Below, in pieces: positions 8,257-17,530 of a stretch of 64,000 bases of DNA (position 1 is the first letter of the stretch; every line of letters starts with the position of its first letter). The stretch comes from Chitinophagales bacterium (lineage in GTDB: Bacteria > Bacteroidota > Bacteroidia > Chitinophagales > LD1): NCBI GenBank assembly GCA_046329575.1, contig JAXLUJ010000009.1:43291-107290 (forward strand), read 5' to 3'. The translations under genes were made by a program, and so were the position numbers. The notes beneath the pieces are model-generated. The model saw only the letters and a list, made by a program, of their open reading frames with translations, did no database searches and was not told the origin of the DNA.

Positions 8257-8451
8257 ATGAAAGCCAAAATTGCTCTTTTTTCTGCCCTGCTGATCCTTTT
8301 TGTTTGCGGTTCCTGTAAAAGGTGTACCACTTGCACCAAATCGGGCCAACCCGACCAGAAATTCTGCAATACCAACAATCAGAATGCGAATGCTTACCTG
8401 ATTCATATTGACGACTACAAGAATTTAGGTTATACGTGCACCGAAGAGTAG
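8257..8451 (+). CDS. Small Cys-rich secreted or lipoprotein-like peptide (64 aa)
   Basis: N-terminal signal-like MKAKIALFSALLILFVCGSC followed by CKRCTTCTK and two more Cys. It lies 22 nt upstream of lepA on the same strand. Coding status is uncertain. Confidence 0.4.
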   Translation: MKAKIALFSALLILFVCGSCKRCTTCTKSGQPDQKFCNTNNQNANAYLIHIDDYKNLGYTCTEE

Positions 8452-8472
8452 AAAATACTACCTTCGCGCGCT

Positions 8473-10263
8473 ATGCAAAATATTAGGAACTTCTGCATCA
8501 TAGCGCACATTGACCATGGCAAAAGCACGCTGGCCGATCGTTTGATTGAAACCACCAAAACGATTTCGGAGCGCCAGATGATGGATACCGTTCTCGATAA
8601 TATGGATCTGGAACGCGAACGCGGTATCACCATAAAGAGCCATGCTATCCAAATGGACTATCAGCGCGATGGTAAAAAATACGCTTTTAACCTGATTGAT
8701 ACCCCCGGCCACGTTGACTTCAGCTACGAAGTATCGCGCTCGCTGGCGGCCTGTGAAGGCGCGCTGCTGCTGGTAGATGCCTCGCAAGGCATTCAGGCCC
8801 AAACTATTTCCAATTTATATCTGGCGGTTGATCAGGGCCTCACCATTATTCCGGTAATCAACAAGATTGATATGCCGGGCGCCAACCCCGAAGTGGTAGA
8901 AGATCAGATGATGAACCTGATTGGCTGCAAAAGGGAAGAAATCATACGCGCCAGCGGCCGTACAGGCGAGGGCGTAAAGGAAATTCTGGATGCGGTGATT
9001 GATCGCATTCCTGCGCCAAAAGGCAATGAGGAAGCGCCCCTGCGTGCGCTCATCTTCGATTCGATGTTCAACTCCTTTCGCGGGGTAATTGCCTATTACC
9101 GTATTCTTGACGGCAAAATCAGCAAAGGTGAAAAAGTAAAGTTTGTGAATACCGGCGCGGTTTACAATGCCGATGAAGTAGGCGTTCTGCGGTTGGATCT
9201 GGAACCGCGAAACGAAGTAAAAACTGGTGATGTAGGCTACATTATCACCGGCATCAAGAACGCCAAAGAAATTAAAGTGGGCGATACGATTACCGCCAAC
9301 GCCAATCCTTGTGAAGAAGCTATCCACGGTTTTGAAGATGTGAAACCTATGGTTTTCGCAGGTATTTATCCCATTGATAATGATGACTATGAAGATCTGC
9401 GCGATTCATTGGAAAAATTGCAGTTGAACGATGCCTCTTTGGTGTATGAGCCGGAAACGTCTATAGCGTTGGGATTTGGTTTCCGCTGTGGATTTTTAGG
9501 ACTGTTGCATCTGGAGATTGTTCAGGAACGCCTGGAACGCGAATTCGACATGACCATCATCACCACGGTGCCGCAGGTGAGTTACGAAGCCTATCTGACC
9601 GATGGATCGCAATTAACTATCAACAATCCGGCCGATATGCCGGACATCCAGCGCATTGAACGTTTGGAAGAACCTTACATCAAGGCGCAGGTGATTACTA
9701 AGCCGGAATATATAGGCGCGATTATGACGTTGTGCATGGATAAACGCGGCATTCTGATTAATCAAAACTATTTGACCGAAGATCGCGTGGAACTGCATTT
9801 TGAAATGCCGCTTGCTGAAATTGTTTTCGACTTTTACGATAAACTGAAATCTATTTCACGTGGCTACGCTTCTTTCGATTATCACCGCATTGATTACCGT
9901 CCGGGCGATTTGGTGAAACTGGATATTTTATTGAATGCGGAAAAAGTAGATGCTTTCAGCGCCATGATTCACCGTTCAAAGGCGGAAGACTTTGGCCGAA
10001 GAATGTGCGAAAAACTGAAGGAAATCATTCCACGGCAAATGTTCATGATCCCGATTCAGGCGGCTATTGGCGCCAAAATTATTGCCCGCGAAAACATCAG
10101 CGCCATGCGTAAAGATGTGACCGCAAAATGTTATGGCGGCGATATTTCAAGAAAGCGCAAACTGCTCGAAAAACAGAAAAAAGGGAAGAAGAAAATGCGT
10201 CAGTTCGGTAAAGTTGAAGTGCCTCAGGAAGCCTTCATCGCCGTGCTTAAACTGAATGATTGA
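8473..10263 (+). CDS. lepA: Translation elongation factor 4 (LepA)
   Basis: 596-aa ORF with the GTPase motifs [14 protein letters not shown] and NKID, and the LepA C-terminal domain ending in [23 protein letters not shown]. Confidence 0.97.
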   Translation: MQNIRNFCIIAHIDHGKSTLADRLIETTKTISERQMMDTVLDNMDLERERGITIKSHAIQMDYQRDGKKYAFNLIDTPGHVDFSYEVSRSLAACEGALLLVDASQGIQAQTISNLYLAVDQGLTIIPVINKIDMPGANPEVVEDQMMNLIGCKREEIIRASGRTGEGVKEILDAVIDRIPAPKGNEEAPLRALIFDSMFNSFRGVIAYYRILDGKISKGEKVKFVNTGAVYNADEVGVLRLDLEPRNEVKTGDVGYIITGIKNAKEIKVGDTITANANPCEEAIHGFEDVKPMVFAGIYPIDNDDYEDLRDSLEKLQLNDASLVYEPETSIALGFGFRCGFLGLLHLEIVQERLEREFDMTIITTVPQVSYEAYLTDGSQLTINNPADMPDIQRIERLEEPYIKAQVITKPEYIGAIMTLCMDKRGILINQNYLTEDRVELHFEMPLAEIVFDFYDKLKSISRGYASFDYHRIDYRPGDLVKLDILLNAEKVDAFSAMIHRSKAEDFGRRMCEKLKEIIPRQMFMIPIQAAIGAKIIARENISAMRKDVTAKCYGGDISRKRKLLEKQKKGKKKMRQFGKVEVPQEAFIAVLKLND

Positions 10264-10285
10264 TCTCTTTTCGTTTAAAAAGAAC

Positions 10286-10309
10286 CATTCGTTTACATTA
10301 AAACGAATG
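10286..10309 (+). terminator. Stem-loop after lepA (9-bp stem cattcgttt/aaacgaatg, 6-nt loop)
   Basis: Read directly. The right arm can alternatively pair with attcgttt at about 10315..10322. There is no strong U-tract, so terminator function is tentative. Confidence 0.35.
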
Positions 10310-10353
10310 CGGAATTCGTTTATTAACAGAACCTAGTTCTCAAAAAATAAAAA

Positions 10354-11229
10354 ATGCTGCTCGACGGAAAGAAACTGGCTGATGAATTGAAACTCGAAAT
10401 TGCTGCGGAAGTAAAACAGTTAACATCAACCGGAAAACGTAGGCCGCATCTTGCGGCCATTCTGGTGGGAAACGATGGCGGTAGTTTGTCGTATATCGGC
10501 CATAAAGTAAAGTCATGCGAACAGGTAGGTTTTCAATCTACCTTACTGCACTTTGAAGATACTTCAATCACCGAGGCGTTTCTGTTGCAGGAAGTGGAAA
10601 AGCTCAATCGCAGCGAAGAGGTGGATGGTTTTATTGTGCAACTGCCGCTTCCTTCACACATCAATGCCGATAAAATCATCATGGCCATTGATCCGAAGAA
10701 AGATGTGGATGGGTTTCATCCTGTAAATGTGGGAAAAACTACACTCGGCCTTCCGGCTTATGTATCGGCCACACCCCTTGGTATTACCAAAATTTTAGAG
10801 CGCTATAAAATTGCTACTTCAGGCAAACATTGTGTAGTAATTGGCCGAAGTAATATTGTAGGAAGACCGGTGAGCATTTTGCTCAGTAACAGTGCGCCAA
10901 CCGGAAATGCTACCGTAACGGTTTGTCATTCCAGAACGCAAAATCTGGCTGAAATCACTAAGACGGCTGATATCATCATTGCGGCATTGGGAAAGCCGGA
11001 GTTTCTTACCGGCGATATGGTGAAAGAAGGCGTAGTGATTATTGATGTGGGCACTACTCGTGTGGAAGATGCCACTTCAAAAACAGGATGGCGACTGAAA
11101 GGCGATGTGAAATTTGATGAAGTTTCTAAAAAAGCATCGGCCATTACGCCGGTTCCAGGAGGTGTTGGACCGATGACAGTGGTTTCTCTTCTTCTCAATA
11201 CTTTAAAAGCTTACAAGAATGAAGTATAG
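10354..11229 (+). CDS. folD: Bifunctional methylenetetrahydrofolate dehydrogenase/methenyl-THF cyclohydrolase
   Basis: 291-aa ORF with the motifs GFIVQLPLP, DVDGFHP, GRSNIVGRP and PVPGGVGPMT. Confidence 0.95.
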   Translation: MLLDGKKLADELKLEIAAEVKQLTSTGKRRPHLAAILVGNDGGSLSYIGHKVKSCEQVGFQSTLLHFEDTSITEAFLLQEVEKLNRSEEVDGFIVQLPLPSHINADKIIMAIDPKKDVDGFHPVNVGKTTLGLPAYVSATPLGITKILERYKIATSGKHCVVIGRSNIVGRPVSILLSNSAPTGNATVTVCHSRTQNLAEITKTADIIIAALGKPEFLTGDMVKEGVVIIDVGTTRVEDATSKTGWRLKGDVKFDEVSKKASAITPVPGGVGPMTVVSLLLNTLKAYKNEV

Positions 11230-12097
11230 TTTTCCTTTTGTATGCCTCCTTTCCCTTTTAGCTGCCTGTAATCAAAATCCTTCAAAAACGGCACCAGCCG
11301 GCGATTGGAGCGATTCGGCCGTTTCTACCATAAAATATAAAGCCTTCCCTGATGGCAAACGGTTGCTGGAAAAAGACAACACCTTTTACGATGTGGTTTC
11401 CTTTCTCGATAAAAGCGATGCCGCCTCTTTTTTACTCAAAATCACAAAGCACGAAAAGCACTTTATTGACTCTGTGAATGGCGAAAACCATTTTACCGTA
11501 GCGGCACAATCGTTAAATAACAGTTCCCTTAAATGGAAGGCCGATTTTGATGCGGCCGACATCGACTATTCTGCAAAAGTTATAGTGGCCCATACCGAAC
11601 CTTCCGGCGATCAGGAAGATACGTACACCTTGTACTCGTTGCTGAATGGCAACAAACTGATGAGTTATACTTATGGCGATTTGAGAGCCCTTATCCCAAA
11701 CACTTCGCACAAACGGTTCTTTGGGTATCTATCGCAAAAATCGGCTCAGGACCATCCGCAAAATTTTGCCGATGTTACCTATTGCGGCAGCGATAAAGTA
11801 ATTCAAACCATTCACATTCGTTCAAAGAACAAAGACATTCCGGTATATACGCCGGAGCTGTTGCTGAAGGCGGCTGAAGAAAGCGGCAACACCATTGCTG
11901 CCGAAGGGAAGAATGTAATTTTGGCGCATGCTTCGCGCCAGTTTTCAGCCGATCAAATCACCGGATTCGCCCTTCAGATAAATTATTTTCTGCCAAACGT
12001 AACCGAGCCGATCACCATACTGCTGCCCGTTCGCAACGATCATGTTGACCTCAGCGCCGCGCAGTACAATAAATCCATTTTTGAACTTAGCGAATAA
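11219..12097 (+). CDS. Hypothetical lipoprotein
   Basis: 292-aa ORF with the signal plus lipobox-like LLSLLAAC. Its start overlaps the folD stop by 11 nt. No family recognised. Confidence 0.6.
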   Translation: MKYSFPFVCLLSLLAACNQNPSKTAPAGDWSDSAVSTIKYKAFPDGKRLLEKDNTFYDVVSFLDKSDAASFLLKITKHEKHFIDSVNGENHFTVAAQSLNNSSLKWKADFDAADIDYSAKVIVAHTEPSGDQEDTYTLYSLLNGNKLMSYTYGDLRALIPNTSHKRFFGYLSQKSAQDHPQNFADVTYCGSDKVIQTIHIRSKNKDIPVYTPELLLKAAEESGNTIAAEGKNVILAHASRQFSADQITGFALQINYFLPNVTEPITILLPVRNDHVDLSAAQYNKSIFELSE

Positions 12098-12111
12098 TGC
12101 TAAATTGAATC

Positions 12112-13044
12112 GTGGTTTCCATCTCGTTTGTAGTTCCTGTTTATAATGAAGCAGCCAACATTGCACCGCTTTATGAAAGGCTGAGCGCCGTAATGCAGTC
12201 AATCAACGCTTCTTATGAATTGCTGTTGGTCAACGATGGATCTACTGATACATCGTTACAGCAAATCAAAGATCTGGCCTTGCGTTTTCCCGAGGTAAAG
12301 TTTATTGATTTGAGCCGGAATTTCGGACAGCAAATTGCGCTGACTGCCGGGTTTGAACATTGCACCGGTCAGGCCGTGGTAATTTTGGATGCCGATTTGC
12401 AAGATCCGCCTGAAGTGATTCCTGAAATGTACCAAAAGTTGGGTCAGGGTTTTGATGTGGTGTATGCCCGCCGCCTGAACCGCAATGGCGATGCCCTTTT
12501 CAAGCGCACCTTTGCATCTGTTTTCTATCGTATTCTTTCTACCATTACTACCGTGCCGATTCCGGTAGATACGGGCGATTTCAGAATTGTGAGCCGCCGC
12601 GTGATTGAGCATTTGAAGCAAATGCCCGAAAGTCATAAGTATTACCGTGGCCAAATTCCCTGGTTAGGATTTACGCAAACCTTTATAACCTATGATCGGG
12701 AACCGCGCCGCTCCGGCAATTCGGGTTATTCTTCGGTAAAAATGTTGCGGTTGGCTATTGATGGCATCACCTCTTTTTCCAATTTCCCGTTGCGCTTTGC
12801 GTCTATTGCAGGTTTTGTAGTTTCCGGTATGTCGTTCATTTGGATTCTTATTGCGCTTTACGATCGTTTAATTGCGCACAACACGGTGAAAGGCTGGACC
12901 TCGCTCATGATTGCCATTCTGTTTTTGGGCGGCATTCAGTTGATTTGTATCGGCATTATTGGCGAGTATATCAGCCGCATCAGCGATAATGTGCGGCATC
13001 GTCCGTTGTATATCATTCGGGAAACGAATGTGAAACACCCATAA
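12112..13044 (+). CDS. Family 2 glycosyltransferase (polyprenyl-phosphate sugar transferase, GtrB/ArnC-like)
   Basis: 310-aa ORF with a GTG start. Motifs are VVPVYNE, LVNDGSTD and ILDADLQDPPE, followed by two C-terminal TM helices. Confidence 0.85.
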   Translation: MVSISFVVPVYNEAANIAPLYERLSAVMQSINASYELLLVNDGSTDTSLQQIKDLALRFPEVKFIDLSRNFGQQIALTAGFEHCTGQAVVILDADLQDPPEVIPEMYQKLGQGFDVVYARRLNRNGDALFKRTFASVFYRILSTITTVPIPVDTGDFRIVSRRVIEHLKQMPESHKYYRGQIPWLGFTQTFITYDREPRRSGNSGYSSVKMLRLAIDGITSFSNFPLRFASIAGFVVSGMSFIWILIALYDRLIAHNTVKGWTSLMIAILFLGGIQLICIGIIGEYISRISDNVRHRPLYIIRETNVKHP

Positions 13045-13054
13045 GTTTATTTAA

Positions 13055-13176
13055 TTTTTTTGCCGTGCCCCCGCCAGGCAGCAGCAGTCAATTCGCCGGG
13101 CAGCAGCCATAGGCGGGGTCGGGTGCTGCAAGGGTACGCTATCGCTTCCGCCCTTCACTTCGTTACGGGCCTCGCC
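13055..13176 (-). repeat. GC-rich intergenic repeat, copy B, left part (interrupted by an IS)
   Basis: Matches the reverse complement of 3864..4019 up to ...cgggcctcgcc, where the IS inverted repeat begins. Confidence 0.85.
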
Positions 13177-13241
13177 TGTATCGTCCTAAAAAAAGTTTAC
13201 AGGTTAAAAAATAAGTCCTGTTATAGGTTTACAATTCAGGC

Positions 13242-14189
13242 TTAATCCTGATTGGAGTTTACAAATGTAGTTTTTGGCCGGTAATAATTCTTCCATGTCC
13301 TATGAATTGGAAGGTTATTTCGATGAACGTCTTCAGGGGTCAACATGTTGCAACTCATATGGGGTCGAACTTCATTATAAATCAAAACAGAACGTGTTAG
13401 GATTTCCATTAATTGCCCATCTGTTGGCTGGTAATGGTTTAAGAACTCTTCTTTGATAATCCCATTCACACGTTCAGCAATAGCGTTTTCCAATGGATCG
13501 CCGTTCTCAGTCATACTGATTTTGATGTGGTTAGCTTCTAATAGTTTTACGTAATCAGCCGAACAATACTGTATACCGCGGTCAGAATGATGGATTAGGC
13601 CGGACAACGGCCCACCGGCCATAGTAATAGCCATTTCCAAAGCTTTAACGGTATGTATCGCCTCAAGACTATCCGCTACATGATGCCCAACGATTTTCCT
13701 GCTGTAGGCATCGGTTATGAAGCTGATATATCTAAATCCCAAGGCGGTTTTGTAATAGGTAATATCCGATACCCATAACTGATTAGAAGATGTAGGCGTA
13801 AAGCCGCGTATGATATTGGGGTATTTGCGGAACCAGTGGTTAGATCAGTGTGGTAGTCATTTTCCTACGTTTTTTTCTAATTAATAATTTGTGAGCTGCC
13901 AATAGATCAAATAGCGCATCGCGTCCCATTTTGATTTGATGTTCCAATAAAATGGCTGCAAAAGCAACAGCAGTTTACGGCCACCAATGGCAGGTTGAAG
14001 CGCCGAATTTGATGGACTTCGCTGTAATACCAGTTCCTCTTCAAAAGAGTTGGTTTGCTGTCGCCACTGTTGTTGATAATAAGCCTGTCTGGTTATACCA
14101 AGTAAACAACAGCATCGAACCAGACTTGTTTGGGGTCGGCTGTCTTTAGTTTCACGGATTACTTGGTGTTGGAGTTTTTCGGATGGCAA
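13242..14189 (-). pseudogene. Outer IS transposase orfB (rve/DDE integrase), broken by frameshifts
   Basis: The C-terminal fragment 13242..13742 carries the DDE core (HHSDRGIQYCS...ENAIAERVNGIIKEE). Upstream pieces read in other frames: SNHWFRKYPNIIRGFTPTSSNQLWVSDITYYKTALGFRY, QIKMGRDALFDLLAAHKLLIRKKRRKMTTT, and the 13881..14189 fragment. At least two frame breaks are present. Confidence 0.8.
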
Positions 14190-14580
14190 TCTTATATTCC
14201 TTTTCGGCCAGCGTAATCATACGCTCATAGAGCTCCGAACGAAGTTGTTCGTCTGCCAAACGTTTCTTTAAACGAGCGATTTCAGCCTCCAACATACTGA
14301 GAGACGCCTGCGACTGCTTTTGCGGATCTTTTGATTGAGACAAAGGAAAATCGTTTAGTGCCGCAAAATTACGTAATACTTTTGGTGCATATGGGTCCGC
14401 ATAACCTGCTTTTCGTAGCCACTTGCAAATTATGCCATGGCCGCTCAGGCCATATTTGCGCTCAATGTGCTCTTTGGGCTGACCTGTCTGAAGATATTCA
14501 TCTATAACTTGCTGTTTAAATGATGGTGAATAATAATAAGAGCCTGCAGGTCGTTTCGGATCTTGTTCTTGTTTTGTGTC
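14152..14580 (-). pseudogene. Outer IS orfA body, severed from its start codon by the nested IS
   Basis: Joining 15877..15871 to 14580 and downward reads ATG GAC ACA AAA, giving MDTKQEQDPKRPAGSYYYSPSFKQQVIDEYLQTGQPKEHIERKYGLSGHGIICKWLRKAGY...LEAEIARLKKRLADEQLRSELYERM (HTH plus leucine zipper). The nested IS sits inside codon 2-3. Confidence 0.75.
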
Positions 14581-14641
14581 TGAAGCCCCCCCTAAAACTA
14601 AGATAGGTTAAAACCAGACTGAAAGCACTAATTTCAGTTTT

Positions 14642-14914
14642 ATGAGAAAATCAAAGTTCACGGAAGCGCAGATTGTAAAGGCGCTGGATGAGGAACAGAA
14701 AGGCCGGAAGGCCGAAGACATTTGCAGGGAACTTGGCGTTAGCCGGGCAACGTTTTACCAATGGAAATCGAAGTATGGCGGAATGGACGTAAGCCATTTG
14801 CAACAACTCAAGGCATTGCAGGAGGAGAACCGCAAGCTTAAAGCGATGTATGCGGATTTGGCCTTAGATCACCGCATTCTCAAAGAGGTCATCGAAAAAA
14901 GTTGTAGGGTCTGA
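14642..14914 (+). CDS. IS copy 1 orfA (HTH transposase subunit); C-terminus altered by loss of one A in the slippery run
   Basis: 90-aa ORF identical to copy 2 orfA up to EVIEK. It then reads SCRV, where copy 2 reads KL. Confidence 0.7.
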   Translation: MRKSKFTEAQIVKALDEEQKGRKAEDICRELGVSRATFYQWKSKYGGMDVSHLQQLKALQEENRKLKAMYADLALDHRILKEVIEKSCRV

Positions 14915-14981
14915 ACAGAAACGGCAACTGGTACACCAGCTCAAACAAGAGCAGGTATCAGTACGGTTCGCCGCCCGGATC

Positions 14982-15854
14982 ATGAATATATCCATTGCAG
15001 CCGTTTACTATCAATCGAAGAAGGATGACTCAGCAGTTGTTGCTAAACTCAATACTTTAGCTGAATTAAAGCCAACCCGGGGTTTTGACTATTACTTTGG
15101 CCGTATTCGCAATGAAGGCTTCACATGGAACCATAAGCGGGTGAAACGCGTTTATGATGCGCTACAACTCAATCTGCGGCGCAAAACGCAAGCGAAAGTT
15201 ACCAGTGCGTGAAAAAGTTCCATTACTGCGCCCTAGTGCGCCCAATCAAATGTGGAGTATGGATTTTATGTGCGATACGCTGGCTTGTGGCCGCAAGTTC
15301 AGAACGTTGAACATCATAGATGAGTTTAACAGCGAATTGCTGGATATTGAGATTGACTTTTCGCTACCAGCCAAGCGCGTTATCCGTACGCTGGAAAGAG
15401 CTTCTGGTGCCATGGCAAGCCGATGGCCATACGCGTAGACAACGGCCCAGAGTTCATTAGCAATGCGCTGGAATCATTTTGCAATCAACCGCAGAACAAC
15501 ATTAAGCTGTCTTTTATTCAAAAGGGAAAACCCACTCAAAATGCCTATGTAGAACGTTTTAACCGAACCTTCCGGGAGGATGTGCTGGATGCGTACTCGT
15601 TTAGAACCATTTATCAGGCCCGCAGCGAAGCAGCTTGGTTCCTGGAGGATTACAACAGCCATCATCCTCATGAAGCCCTTCAGGGCATGAGTCCGATTGG
15701 CTATCGCCATGCTGTTGAAAGTGGAAAACTCGCCCCGCGCCAATCCCCGCCGAGTTTACCACATTGCAACAGCGGAACTAATAATAACACCAATAATAAA
15801 TTTTTAACTTCAAACATTGTTAACCGCAAAAAGTCTGGAAATACCCTGTATTAA
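14982..15854 (+). pseudogene. IS copy 1 orfB (DDE integrase), split into three frames
   Basis: ORFs 14982..15212, 15154..15438 and 15423..15854 together reproduce the 290-aa copy 2 OrfB, with frame breaks at A3 to A4 (about 15184) and CC to C (about 15402). Confidence 0.85.
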
Positions 15855-15919
15855 AAATGGGGGGGCTTCATGTCCATTTATAGTTTACATTTTGTGTAAA
15901 CCTATTTTAGGACAAGACA

Positions 15920-15956
15920 GCCTTCGGCTCGCCTTTCCGCCCCCTCACGGAATGCT
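15920..15956 (-). repeat. GC-rich intergenic repeat, copy B, right part
   Basis: gccttcggctcgcctttccgccccctcacggaatgct continues the repeat exactly where 13176 left off. The first 3 nt are the duplicated target. Confidence 0.85.
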
Positions 15957-15961
15957 TGGGT

Positions 15962-17530
15962 TTAGCGGATAACCAGTTTACACATAGTTACAATTTGATC
16001 ATCGCCTGAAAGCGTGGCCATATAGTATCCCGGCGGCAGGTTAGGTAGTTCAGCATCATAATAACTGGAGTAATGGGGCACAACAAAAGAGGCAACATTT
16101 TGCCCCATCGCATTGGTAAGCTGAATTTTTACATGATGGTAACGGTCCCATTCCACCCAGTTGTAATCAAAGCGCACAGCCTGGGAAGCCGGATTCGGTA
16201 AAGGAACCATCCAGGGCTGCCTGCCGGCAGCCTTTAGGCCATCCGGCAGCCCGTTGTATAACGTATCACAAGTAGCGCCCATTTTGCGGCCCAGCCTGTA
16301 ATTTGGAAATAATGGAATGGAGGATGGCATGTTCTTATAGGTTCTGTACTTTCGCCTTCTGAAATCGCAGGCGGCGCCGGTCAAATCGGGTTTCTCTATC
16401 GTATTGATGAAAACGCAAGCTACGGTTGGGCTAATATAAATTTTGCCATCCGGTCCGTAACCGCTGAAGTCGAAAGCACTAATCGCACCAATGATAGAGT
16501 CGATAAAGTTGTCTTGGATGGCAACCGTATCTTTTCCGGCATTTACATCTGCATCATAAAGGTGGTATTGAAAGATGTAATAACCAGCTACCATATACAC
16601 TAATGAATCGTTAGATGCAATCTCAGCAGAAGAAAAAAAATCGGATATCCCACCTAAAGTAGAATCGCGTGGCAGGAAGGTATCTATGATGATGGGATTC
16701 GATAAACGCCCGTTGCATCGGTCAAAGTCAAAAACAGCAGAATTATAAAATCCGGTATGACGCAGCATTTTTTTACCGCTCATCGAAAATACAGTTTTCC
16801 CTCCCGAACCGCCGGGTACCACATTGCCTAAACATTGCTTTTCCACAAAATAAAAGGAATCTTTAGTGAGCAGGTATTTGTGATAGCAGTTGCTGTAAGC
16901 CTCCATGATTATGATCCACCAGTCGCGGCCATTGCCATGGCGGCAAACCCCCAAATGACCGCCGGTGTTGATAGTGCTGTCGATGGCCACATTTTTCCGG
17001 GTAACATGATAGCGTCCATTAATTGGGTTTTTCACTATAGTGGTGTAGTTAAGATAAGAGTTCCAGGGCGCCTCCAGCAGCCCCACATTAATATGAAACA
17101 AATAGATGGTGCTGTCGGTTGGTGCGATTTGCACAAAGGCAAAAGCGCCATAAAGTGCTAACCCGGCATCATTTCCCACTGTAAACTGGTGGCAATATTC
17201 CCACAAGCCGCCATAACCAATACTATCGCCATTGGGAATAATGGCGCCTGCCGTATCAAAAATCCAAAGGCCGTTGGTGTATAATTCCAGATTTCCGGCA
17301 GTATCGGAATAGCTGGTATTGGCTGCATCAAACGCTATATTTCTCTTTTTAGGATAGTGTTTGAATGTATCCAGAAAGGTGGCTTCTTCATTACCGGAAT
17401 AGGGGAACTGTGTACTATCCTGATATTGGGGATGATCGCCCCACATCCACGTATTATCATGCTTTTGTGCATTACTATAAACCCACAAGCAGCAGGCCAA
17501 ATAAATTAGTGTCGTTTTTCTTATTTCCAT
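15962..17530 (-). CDS. Secreted T9SS cargo protein, function unknown (522 aa)
   Basis: Signal peptide MEIRKTTLIYLACCLWVYSNAQ. The C-terminal ~80 aa, PNPASQAVRFDYNW...YYMATLSGDDQIVTMCKLVIR, fits a T9SS sorting domain. Its start overlaps the upstream giant gene's stop by 10 nt. Confidence 0.75.
   Translation of the reverse strand: MEIRKTTLIYLACCLWVYSNAQKHDNTWMWGDHPQYQDSTQFPYSGNEEATFLDTFKHYPKKRNIAFDAANTSYSDTAGNLELYTNGLWIFDTAGAIIPNGDSIGYGGLWEYCHQFTVGNDAGLALYGAFAFVQIAPTDSTIYLFHINVGLLEAPWNSYLNYTTIVKNPINGRYHVTRKNVAIDSTINTGGHLGVCRHGNGRDWWIIIMEAYSNCYHKYLLTKDSFYFVEKQCLGNVVPGGSGGKTVFSMSGKKMLRHTGFYNSAVFDFDRCNGRLSNPIIIDTFLPRDSTLGGISDFFSSAEIASNDSLVYMVAGYYIFQYHLYDADVNAGKDTVAIQDNFIDSIIGAISAFDFSGYGPDGKIYISPTVACVFINTIEKPDLTGAACDFRRRKYRTYKNMPSSIPLFPNYRLGRKMGATCDTLYNGLPDGLKAAGRQPWMVPLPNPASQAVRFDYNWVEWDRYHHVKIQLTNAMGQNVASFVVPHYSSYYDAELPNLPPGYYMATLSGDDQIVTMCKLVIR

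Larger units (their letters stand above)
14581..15870 (+). mobile_element. IS3-family insertion sequence, copy 1 (1290 bp, frameshifted), nested in the outer IS
   Basis: Termini are TGAAGCCCCCCC...GGGGGGGCTTCA (12-bp perfect inverted repeat). It is flanked by a 4-bp direct repeat TGTC (14577..14580 and 15871..15874). It is collinear with the 25668..26961 copy apart from five indels. Confidence 0.9.
13177..15919 (-). mobile_element. Degenerate IS3-family insertion sequence (~1449 bp of its own DNA) carrying a nested IS
   Basis: Imperfect terminal inverted repeats: TGTATCGTCCTAAAAAAAGTTTACA at 13177..13201, and TGTCTTGTCCTAAAATAGGTTTACA as the reverse complement of 15895..15919. It is flanked by a 3-bp direct repeat GCC (13174..13176 and 15920..15922), which restores the intact repeat sequence ctcGCCttcggctc seen in copy A. 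It encodes orfA and rve-type orfB remnants. Confidence 0.85.
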
